From Antedon mediterranea (Eukaryota; Animalia; Echinodermata), in assembly GCF_964355755.1 (NCBI RefSeq), contig NC_092671.1, positions 24,316,070 through 24,380,069 on the forward strand: a stretch of DNA of 64,000 nucleotides, given 5' to 3'. The position numbers and the translations under genes were made by a program. This document shows, one piece after another, positions 38,659 through 49,491 of the stretch. The number at the start of each line of letters is the position of its first letter. Position 1 is the first letter of the stretch. The notes under the pieces were generated by a model. That model was given only the letters and a program-made list of their open reading frames with translations. It did not search any database and was not told the origin of the DNA.

Positions 38659-39012
38659 ACTGTGTATTCGAGAACCATCTGTGGACACGACCATCTAGTT
38701 CATACAATGTAATATATTACTCTTGTAAGCTTATAGATTACATCGTTTCTTAATATTTGAATACACTATTTGTAGCATTGACGTCTGACCTAAAATGTTT
38801 AAATAATTTTGTTTATAATCTCTGACTTGTGCAGTAGTTTGAATATATTTGATTCGTGTGTTCATTTGTAATATTACAGGTTTATTTTTGTTATTGTATT
38901 GTTCAACGTATATTTCAGCCTTTTGACTGCTGATATGTCTTTGTATTTTTACACTTAGGCCTATATAAAGTAAAAATAACATTATTGTACATTTTCACCT
39001 TTTTTCTTCCAG

Positions 39013-39162
39013 GGCAAAAATCTAAAATATTGTTCGTGTTAATATTGATTTCGTTTGGTTTATGTGAACAAATTTTGTGCGATACAATACGATGTGGTTC
39101 TGAATTCAGAACAGCAGTACGAACAGTTTGCAGGTCAAAACGCAGTTTAGATCGGAATAAAG
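39013..39162 (+). CDS. Insulin/relaxin-family precursor (RGP/GSS-like): signal peptide and B chain
   Basis: Pyrimidine tract ccag| ... |gtattt; hydrophobic ILFVLILISFGL, then DTIRCGSEFRTAVRTVCRS-KR (C-X11-C, with the FxxAV seen in the starfish RGP B chain CDDDFHMAVFRTC). Confidence 0.92.
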
Positions 39163-39739
39163 GTATTTTATATACAATTTAAATCATTTCCTTGCATGTA
39201 ATACAGCCTTTTTTACTAATTTTGTCACAACTTCAATTATCGACTTAAGGACAATTATAATCTCTTAATAATGTGTTTACGTTATGTTTGAATTTCGCAT
39301 ACGGTGTAATAAATCACCTGCATATCATTGCTATACTACTGTGTTATTGAGTTTTCATGTTACATTAAAAGCAACACAAACCAACAGACTGGAATTTTTC
39401 TTTTATTTGGAAATATGGTTTTTACTGTTTTTATTTAAATTGTTCAAAGCCCCAACGTCAAACCACACAGCATGATTTTCCAAATCGGTTTATCTGTAAT
39501 CTGTTTTTTATTTGGAAACTGGGTATGTTATCTGAATCGAATTTATATACTATAGTAGTAGTTTAGGCCTAATGGTATTTATATACTGTGTTTAATGTTA
39601 ATTCCATAAGATATAATAGATAATGGAAATTAACAATACTATGGATAACATACAATATGGGGCTCAGACTTAAACTAAGAAATATATTTATTTCTAATAA
39701 TTGCATTATAAACTGATTTTTTTCTGTTTGTTTTCACAG

Positions 39740-39909
39740 CATTATTAGGAAACCTTCGGAAAAGATTTCAAACATTGAGCGAATGGTCAAGAAGAAACAA
39801 CAAACCATTTTCACGTTTACGGAAGAGTACCGGTAGTTATTCAGGCCCTCATGACTTTTGTTGCACTCGTGGTTGTTCCGATTTATTTATACGAACAGAA
39901 ATCTGCTAA
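39740..39909 (+). CDS. Insulin/relaxin-family precursor (RGP/GSS-like): C peptide and A chain
   Basis: ttcacag| phase 1; ALLGNLRKRFQTLSEWSRRNNKPFSRLRK-STGSYSGPHDFCCTRGCSDLFIRTEIC*; resembles the starfish RGP A chain [24 protein letters not shown]. Not in the ORF track. Confidence 0.92.
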
Positions 39910-40044
39910 AACCCTACGAATTTTATTTAAACATAATATGTTAAATAACCATTGTTTATCAATTTTAAAAATATTTCTTTTAAACGCTTCATTTGTCATA
40001 TTATTTATGCAGTAATAAGAAACTGAACCTAAAACATTGTGTGT

Positions 40045-43000
40045 TTTAAATGCAGAAGCAAAGTCATGTGTTACAGTTAATGGTCATTTATCTTGTTTTT
40101 TCTTGTATTAAGAGGATGTAGACAAGGAGACCCACTATTGCCATATATTTTTATTCTGTGTGCAGAAATACTTGGGGATATGGTGAGACAAAACCAACAA
40201 ATCAGAGGTTACCAGTTAGATGGGTTAAATATTTCTATAAAGCAATATGCAGATGACACGACATTTATTTTAAATGGTTCAAAAGAGTCTTTTCAGAACA
40301 CACTCTCTACTCTTGAAAAATTTTCAAAAATGTCAGGACTGCAGATAAATGTTGAAAAATCAGTAGCCATATGAATTGGGGCAAGAAAATACAGTAACAT
40401 AAAATTATGCCCAGAGTTTGATCTCAAATGGGAAAAACGATATTTTAAACTACTCGGAATACATTTCTCACTTGACCTTAATGAAATGCTAGACCTAAAT
40501 TATGGACCTGCAGTAGACAAAATTAACAAGCTTGTAGAGGTGTGGTCGAAAAGAAGGCTGACAGTTTTAGGTAGAATTGTTGTATGTAAATCTTTGATGC
40601 TATCAAAACTTAACTATCTGTTTAATGCTTTACCAAACCCAGACCTGAAAACACTTCAGAAAATACATAATTCCTTTTAAAAATTTATTTGGGGTAATAA
40701 GCCAGATAGGGTTAAAAGAAATGCAATGATACAAGGATACTCAGAGGGTGGAACAAAAATGGTAGATATTTTTAGTTATGTAAAATCTGTAAAAGTAGCA
40801 TGGATGAGGAGAGTGAGACAGGATGACAATATAAATTCCATGTTCAACACTTTTGTAAAGACATCCTGTTCAATTTTCGATTATGGATCCTCTCCACTGT
40901 TGGAAATTTCTAAAAAGTTAAGCAACCCGTTTTGGAAGGATGTTTTGAATTCCTGGGCTGAATTGACAAAAATTAGAAATGCAAATTTAGACTTAAATGG
41001 AGTTTTAAGTTCATCTTTATGGAGAAATAGTGACATAAAGAGAGACAAAAAAAAACCAGTGTACTATGATAGATGGTTTAAAAAGGGAATTCGTTTTGTT
41101 AATGATCTTGTTAAAACAGATGGAGATTTTTTGAGCTATGAAGAATTTAGGTTCAAATACAACATAAAGTGTAATTACTTAGACTACCAAGGTATTATCG
41201 ATGCTATTAAGACACAGTGGAATAGACTGTTGCCGTTTAAGTGCAACATTGAAAACCCAGTAAACATAAATTATAATTTTCTATTCTATAAATGTAAATA
41301 TGGTATTAAGGGTTTCTATAAAATATTTACCTCTGATAAACTGGAAGTTTCGATGGTGAGAGAAAAGTGTTCAAAAGAAATGGAGAAAGAATTGGAAAAG
41401 GATGAATGGAAACGAATTTGCTCTTTTCCTTTCATCTCGACAAGAAATATAAAGTATCAGTGGTTTCAATATAGAATTTTAACAACAAACACCTTTCTAA
41501 AAAAAATTAAGATAAGAATTGTGATCTTTGTACTTTTTGTAAAATTTACACTGAAACAATGCAGCATATATTTTATGGTTGTATCCATGCAAATACTTTG
41601 TGGGCTTTTGTTATTCAACAAATTAAAAGCAAACAAATGAATAGGAGGAATTATAATTTAGAGAAAACCCTTACAAGTGAATGCATCTTATTTGGTAATG
41701 CTTACAATGCTGTAAATAATCTTGTCATTTTAGTAAAATATTTTATTTAGCCTACCGTATATAAGACGCACTTTTGACACGAAAATTTGACCTCTAAATT
41801 TTGGGTGCGTCTTATACACCGGTAACTTCCTCACGCACCCTTAAAAAGCTAGTTAACAGTGTACAGTAGCTAGCTAGGAGGCCTACCTACCTAACCTAGC
41901 CTATTAAAAATAGTGTACTACTCTGCAATGTAGGCCTAGCTAGTTACTCCTGTCGAATCACGGTTGATTACCACATTGTGGTAACAAGTTTATTGAATTT
42001 TTAATTAAGGTATAAATTGTCATCCCCGACTGTAATAATTAATATTTACAGTACTTGCATGAGATATTCTATCCAGGCCAAGTACTCTCTGAACTCGCGG
42101 GTGTGTATTCTAGCAGCATGCAGCATCGCAGCACAACATATTTATGGAAGAGTCCATTAATTATGGTGGTGTCAAATTTTAACTACACAAAAACTATTTC
42201 CCTTGATCAAGGTGGTTTATTTTATTACATCTCTATGTCAACAATCCAATAAATTTAAAATCATGTAGGCGATAGTTCGTATGTCAAGCGATATCTAAAA
42301 GAGCGTGTTGTTATTGTGTTAAGTAGCTTCCCCTAATCTCATAATGTATATGGCCAACAGTGCTGGCCTCGCGGCCAGGCAAGGAGGAGCACATGGTTAG
42401 TGCTCTCCTTACTGTAAATGCATGCATGCATAGGAAAGATTTTCATATACCGTACATGATATTCCTGCTTCATTTTCAGCCCAAAAACTGAACATCGTTT
42501 AGATTGATTTTATATAATGGTCATACACACAATAAGAAGGTATATATTTAAATAATATGAAATTAAAGTTACTTAAATAGACATAGGCTAGCCCTACCCA
42601 CACAGTGCATCGTAACTGAAAAAAATATGGTAATTTCCCTTTTCACTGAACGTTCAGTTGAGACTGATTACGATGTAATAAAGGCAATCAAACAAAATTA
42701 TATCATTATTTGATTCAATAAATATGTCTCAAATTTCATTGTTTTATATGTAAAATACCATTGTTTTGATTGTAAAATGTTAAAATTTCGGCCTAGAAAT
42801 AAGTGCGTCTTATACATCGACTACATAAAAAATACTAATATTTCAGTCTCCGTTATGGGTGTGTCTTATACACAGGTGCGACTTGTACACCGAAATATAC
42901 GGTACATATCTAGATGTTCTGATATTAAACCATCAAATTCAGGACTGGTTAATTTTTTAAGTCGTATTATAAAAATAGAAGAGTACTTACATTTGATAAA

Positions 43001-43273
43001 CGACAATAAAGAGTTATTTAATGAGGACTGGAAACTTGTTAAACTTCTGATTTTATAAGATTTTATTTTGATAAACCAAGGCGAAATTTATTGTCTTGGA
43101 TTAATGGAGAACTAACTAAGAAGATATACCTTTTACTTTTTATGTTTGCCTTTTGCTTTTGCCTTTTAAGTTTTTAAGAATTTTATTTATTTTGTTTTGC
43201 CTCATGTCACCGCTGTGTCGGTTTTGTTTTTCTTTTGCATATGTATACTGAATAAAAAAAAAAAAAAAAAAAA
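40045..43273 (+). mobile_element. 5'-truncated L1/Tx1-clade LINE
   Basis: RGCRQGDPLLPYIFILCAEIL and QYADDTT RT motifs, stops and frameshifts, C-terminal C..C/H..C remnant, AATAAA plus poly(A); 14-bp TSD AAAACATTGTGTGT at 40031-40044 and 43274-43287. Confidence 0.93.
41755..42902. mobile_element. Tc2/pogo-like non-autonomous DNA transposon nested in the LINE
   Basis: TA-CCGTATAT ... ATATACGG-TA with GTGCGTCTTATAC subterminal repeats; the LINE frame KYFI(Y)ISRC resumes after it. Confidence 0.82.
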
Positions 43274-44167
43274 AAAACATTGTGTGTATGTACAATTTGT
43301 ATGAACTTTAGGATTTTATTTTATTAAATTCTCTTTAAAATCCAATATTTACACCAAAAAACCATCCAAAGATTAACGCAGTGTGACTTGGTATGTGTTT
43401 ATCTTTAGCATATCGGGTAAAATGCTACGTTTATTTAAGCGATTTATATAGCCTAGTTAAAAAAAACAAGTGTGTCTTACTCGATGCATAGACAGTTTTG
43501 GTTCTACAGAATGGGATACATCGAATATGTGTTATATCACGTGTTTATGTTCAAGTGGATATACTAATATGAGTAGCCTATTATAATAATGATCATTTGC
43601 TTTTATCACGGAATTCATCGTAACTCTGAATTTTCTAATCCGGGTGTTTATTTGATAAATATCTATTCATACCTTTTTATCAAGCACTTTATACACTCGA
43701 CAGCAGGATTTTGTCAAATACCTGGAAATGACATGGACTAAATTAATAGCCCACAAATTAGAATAAAAAAGAAATATTTCCAGGCAGCTGTTTATTTATC
43801 TACTCAGAAAGAGAAACGTGTATGCCTTTTTCCACAACAATACAAACCGATTTGTAATTTATTGAATTCAATCATAAGGTTCATTAATTTCGTCTTTTAA
43901 CTGAAGTATGCTTTTAAAAAACAACAAATATTAAATGTAAGTTAGTTAGGCCTGTTTAAAGTGATAAAAATAGCTATTCACGATAACTCACGATAATTAT
44001 TTCGTCGCACTTTTTTTCATTTACATTTTTACATAACATTTATTTACAAACTCTGACAAAAAAAAAGTTAATGCAAATATATATAATGATAATATGTCAG
44101 AGCATGAAGGCAGATGGCCGGAAGATGAAGACAAACATCTTGTGGTGGGCGAGCCCTAAAAAATAGT

Positions 44168-44177
44168 AATAATAATA

Positions 44178-44213
<36 letters not shown>

Positions 44214-44330
44214 GTGATGGTGATGGTGATGGTGATGGTGATGGTGATGGTGATGGTGATGATGATGATGATGATGATGATGATGGTGATGGTGATGGTG
44301 ATGATGATGGTGATGATGATGGTGATGATG

Positions 44331-44362
<32 letters not shown>

Positions 44363-44600
44363 GGTGATGGTGATGGTGATGATGGTGATGATGGTGATGG
44401 TGATGATGATGATGGTGATGGTGATGGTGATGGTGATGATGGTGATGATGGTGATGGTGATGGTGATGATGATGATGGTGATGGTGATGGTGATGGTGAT
44501 GGTGATGATGGTGATGATGATGATGATGATGGTGATGATGATGGTGATGATGATGGTGATGGTGATGATGGTGATGGTGATGGTGATGATGGTGATGATG

Positions 44601-44632
<32 letters not shown>

Positions 44633-44754
44633 GATGATGGTGATGATGATGGTGATGATGGTGATGATGATGATGATGGTGATGGTGATGGTGATGGTGA
44701 TGATGGTGATGATGATGATGATGATGGTAATGATGATGATGATGGTGATGATGG

Positions 44755-44821
<67 letters not shown>

Positions 44822-44946
44822 GATGGTGATGGTGATGATGATGGTGATGATGATGATGATGATGGTGATGGTGATGGTGATGGTGATGATGGTGATGATG
44901 ATGATGATGATGGTGATGATGATGGTGATGGTGATGATGGTGATGG

Positions 44947-45001
<55 letters not shown>

Positions 45002-45140
45002 GATGATGATGATGGTGATGATAATGGTGATGATGATGGTGATGGTGATGGTGATGATGGTGATGATGATGATGATGATGATGATGGTGATGATGATGGT
45101 GATGATGATGGTGATGGTGATGGTGATGGTGATGATGGTG

Positions 45141-45172
<32 letters not shown>

Positions 45173-45324
45173 GGTGATGGTGATGGTGATGGTGATGGTG
45201 ATGATGGTGATGATGGTGATGGTGATGATGATGATGGTGATGGTGATGGTGATGGTGATGATGGTGATGATGATGATGGTGATGATGATGGTGATGATGA
45301 TGGTGATGGTGATGATGGTGATGG

Positions 45325-45355
<31 letters not shown>

Positions 45356-45654
45356 GATGATGACGATGGCGATGATGATGATGATGATGATGATGATGGT
45401 GATGATGATGGTGATGATGATGGTGATGGTGATGGTGATGATAGTGATGATGATGATGATGATGGTGATGATGATGGTGATGATGGTGATGATGATGATG
45501 GTGATGGTGATGGTGATGGTGATGGTGATGATGGTGATGATGATGATGATGATGGTGATGATGGTGATGGTGATGATGATGATGATGATGATGGTGATGG
45601 TGATGATGATGGTGATGATGATGGTGATGGTGATGATGGTGATGGTGATGATGG

Positions 45655-45718
<64 letters not shown>

Positions 45719-45769
45719 GATGGTGATGATGGTGATGATGATGATGATGATTGATGATGGTGATGATGG

Positions 45770-45800
<31 letters not shown>

Positions 45801-45828
45801 GATGGTGATGGTGATGGTGATGGTGATG
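44168..45828. repeat. Approximately 1.65-kb (GAT/GGT)n trinucleotide tract
   Basis: Direct reading; source of the poly-His and poly-Met/Val ORFs. Confidence 0.97.
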
Positions 45829-45949
45829 TAGAAGATCTGATTTTGTATTATTATTTTATTTTTATAGTTTATGGGTAGGTACAAATATTATTATGAGATT
45901 GTGTGGTGGTGATGTAGAGACGAGTTGAGGGTAAAAGGATAGCAGAAGA

Positions 45950-46330
45950 AATGCAAATATATATAATAATAATAGGTCAGAGAATGAATAAATTAATTTG
46001 ATGTGTGGGACAGTGGTGGTGCTCCAGATATGATCCTGATAGCCTTCTCTTTGAGAGTTTGAAGCTTTCTAAGGTTGGTAGGATATGTCTTGCACCAGAC
46101 AATGTTACATTAACTCAGATAGGGAAGGATCAGGGAGCAATAAAGAACCAGTAAAATTCATTTAGGTAAATAAGATGATAAACTAAGAGACGGGCTAATG
46201 TTTTTTCTTCTGAGAGGTCCCAAACAAGATGAAGTTACACTTATTGTGTTTAATAATAAAGTATTGAGATTATTAAATAATTTTTGAATATCGGGGTGAG
46301 AGTAAACGGCGGTTGTGTCATCGGCAACTT
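45950..46330 (-). mobile_element. CR1-group (Crack/Daphne-like) LINE fragment
   Basis: Minus strand: LYCSLILPYLS*CNIVWCKTYPTNLRKLQTLKEKAIRIISGAPPLSHT. Confidence 0.7.
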
Positions 46331-46414
46331 TTGCTTATGAGAGGTGGAAAGACTGATAGCTAAGTAAATGCAATGCATTTGCACATGAATGAGACATTTT
46401 TGTAAAATATATAA

Positions 46415-46642
46415 CATTTTCTACATTAACTGGCGATAGTAACTACATAAGCTGGGAGGCAATTGTCGTTACTACAGAAGCTGTTGACTGTTTCTACATT
46501 AGCTGGTGTTGATTTTAATTTACTACATAAGCTGTTGGTGTTTCTACATAAACTGGAGGTTTTACTACATTAGTGGTGGATTGTTCTACATTAACGGTTG
46601 TTTCGACATTAGCTGGCGTTTTCTACATTAGCGGTTGTAACA
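46415..46642. repeat. Degenerate CTACATTAGCTGG repeat array ending in TGTAACA (probable transposon subterminal region)
   Basis: About 9 spaced copies of (T/A)CTACAT(T/A)A(G/A)C. Confidence 0.55.
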
Positions 46643-46852
46643 CATGCCTTTGAATAATCAATCAATTCATGTGCTCCTGCGTTGTGTTGTTACTTTGCTA
46701 AGGTATTACATTAATTAATTAAGTTAATACGGTGCACTTGCTCTTGGAGGCCCATGAAATGAGTAGCTGTCTTAAGCCTAAAGATAAATATAAAACTATT
46801 TTAAAGATTCTACAAAAATTCACTATAATATTAATAGTACAATTTTATTCAA

Positions 46853-47923
46853 CTAGATGGTACGCTCGCTTCGCTCGCGTACCATCTAGGTCGTGCCCAC
46901 AGATGGTTCTCGAATACATAATAATTTCAGCGTTAAAAAACTGGCGATTTCAAATGTACAGGACAATAATACATGTCGTTTACAGGAACGAATAAATAGA
47001 CACTGTGATTTATGTACTCAACTAAAATTAGCACCCTATTACTTCCGAAAGAGAAACTTGTCACAAAATAAGACCAATTTAAGTCAAATTTAAACAAACT
47101 TAATTTGTGTTTTGTATGTAACATTAGGGTTGAGGAATGGGGAAGAGGATGGGTGCAAAGAGGAACAATGTTAAAATATATTCTTTATCCATTTAGTAAC
47201 GAGATATTAATTGCTTTCATGTTTTACAAATAATATACCACTAAACACAGTAAAACATTGCGATGTAATACTTTGTTGAAACTATCACCGTCCTAGTCGA
47301 TTGAAATAGTACAGCACATGTAACGATACATCACTACGACGTGTATATGTTTATAATATAATGTAAAACAATTTGTGAAAACCACCTCTAATCGGGGAAA
47401 ATCATAAATTCGATTTAATCGTCAATAAATATTAAATTATCTCTCAACTTAATTAGTAGGCATAATGGTTTTCAATTGTTTCTTAGAGCCAATTCATACT
47501 TAAGTTGGTTCCTATCCTACCCACCAAAGTTGTTCTGCGTTTAGGGCATGTGATGTACCGTAGGCCTATTCTCTACTGGCTTTACAACGCTACTCATGCC
47601 AGTGAGGGAAGGGTGATGATGTGGGTGGTTTAACTGCAATAATAAAGATTTGTACATAATATACGGCGAGTGAAAACGCTAGCTCATTATCCGTTTAAAA
47701 AAAAATTATATCCAACCTCTGCAGCACAGATTAAAAACAAAAATGGATCGAATTTCGAGTATACAGTACTGTACTTGACTTTACAACGCCTGAGGGAATA
47801 GACGCTTGTGAAACAGAGATTGGAATGTTCCATTCATCGCAAATCAATACATTTGTATAATCGTATATTAAATCTATCAAAATAGTATTTTTTTAAAGAA
47901 AATCGGCCTGTCTTCAACATTAT

Positions 47924-47960
<37 letters not shown>

Positions 47961-48494
47961 TTCATTTCATCACATACATAATTCAAAATTAATATATAAA
48001 GGCAACGTAACTATTAAAACGATATAATACTCTCTCAAAAAAAAGAGAGTAATGAAATTAAAGAAAAAAAAAAATAATGTATCGCAAAAATACACTTAAT
48101 AATAATCATTTTGCATTTTGTCTTCAACATTATGATGCTGTACTCTAGCTGTTCAACCAGTTTTCAGCTATTAAAAACAATTATCGTAGGAGGAGATAGG
48201 AAAATGCGAAGCCTCCTCGTATTTTTGTGGCAGGTATTTTTCAAGATGGACATCCATTAGACAGTATATACCACGATCGGAAAACACCCCTATTTGGGGC
48301 AAATCGTTGAACCTAAATTCGTTTTAATCGTCAATAACTAATTACCTAACTCAATTTAATTAGTAAACAGGGTTACATCGGATGGTTAAAATCAGTACCG
48401 AAAGTACGAACCAACTTTATATACCATCGAGTAAAAATTCTAGAAATAAACCGAGATTTACCGAATTTTGCCCTTACGTAAATTTATATATAGA
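46853..48494 (-). mobile_element. Non-autonomous Helitron copy 2 (both termini intact)
   Basis: Minus strand A|TCTATATATAAATTTACG ... hairpin CTAGATGGTACGCGAGCGAAGCGAGCGTACCATCTAG|T, i.e. canonical TC/CTAG termini in an AT target. Confidence 0.8.
47924..48118 (-). mobile_element. Short retroposed poly(A) fragment with 15-bp TSD
   Basis: TSD TGTCTTCAACATTAT at 47909-47923 and 48119-48133; poly(T) plus TTCATTTCAT; empty site at about 33805-33825. Confidence 0.85.
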
Positions 48495-49174
48495 TATATA
48501 TATATATATTACGTAAGGGAAAATTCGGTAAATCGTGCGTTACTTCTTGAATAATACTTGGACAATACTGTAAATACATATTCACCATTTTTGGTCGCCA
48601 TTTGAATCGCAAATTTTTACTGTGAGTACTCTGTTAGATATATAAACACATATAGGCTACAAATAAACTTTTTACTCTGAATGTGGATAGGCCCCAATGT
48701 TAGATATATAAACGCACAATATACAAATAAGCTTACTTACTGACAGTTACTTCTCAACGTTTGTATTAATTAATATATACACAAAATATAAACGTACTTT
48801 TTCAATTTCAATCGACTATGACAGTGACAGTTTTAACAAAGTATTAAATTGCAAATGTTTTACTATAAAACATGAAAAAATTGTTCCTCTATCTTCCCCA
48901 TCCCTTAACTCTAATGTTATATACAAAACACAAATATAAACAATTTTGACTCATTTTATGACAAGTTTCTCTTTCGGAAGTGGAAGGCCTAATTCCCAAG
49001 GTGCTAATTTGTGTTGACTACATAGATCATCGTGTCTTTTTATTCGTTTCTCTGTGAACGACAATGTATTATAGTCCCGCGGTACGTACATTTGAAATCG
49101 TCAGTTTATTTACGCTGACATTACTGTGTATTCGAGAACCATATGTGAGTACGACCTAGATGGTACGCGAGCGA
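48495..49174 (+). mobile_element. Non-autonomous Helitron copy 3 (internally deleted, head-to-head with copy 2)
   Basis: (TA)n-TTACGTAAGGGAAAATTCGG start; ends halfway through the terminal hairpin (CTAGATGGTACGCGAGCGA). Confidence 0.75.
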
Positions 49175-49491
49175 TGTACTACTTTATTTTCTTACATTAC
49201 AAGTTTAATTATAGGCCAAACAATTTTACAATGCACTTCCAGTCGATACTGGTATTGCAAAATAAAACCACACTCCATAGTTAGTTGACTCACTCTCATT
49301 TCCAATACTGTACTGTAGGCCTACTAGGGAAAAACAAGTTGCAATATTTAACTTAGGTGATAATCACTATACACTATCACTTTATTGTCATCCATTCATA
49401 AACCGATTAACTGAACCAACAAAATATCTCCTATGAGTTCAGTAATAAGACAAAAGCAAATAATAATATAAAGTTATACAAATTAAATAAT

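Larger units (their letters stand above)
33441..38698 (+). mobile_element. Non-autonomous Helitron copy 1 (carries nested insertions; 3' hairpin deleted)
   Basis: 5' TCTATATGTAAATTTACGTAAGGGC, 3' CCATCTAG|T; collinear with the copies at 46853-48494 and 48495-49174. Confidence 0.75.

Noticed and set aside
38985-39012. TTG start of ORF 38985..39182 as the peptide's initiation codon
   Set aside because: It lies in the polypyrimidine tract of a clear splice acceptor; an upstream ATG exon is more plausible.
44097-45884. 595-aa poly-His and 566-aa poly-Met/Val ORFs, and an Asp/Gly frame resembling acidic biomineral proteins
   Set aside because: By-products of the (GAT/GGT)n tract. The Asp/Gly frame has a stop at 44126 and no start or signal peptide, and there is no codon diversity.
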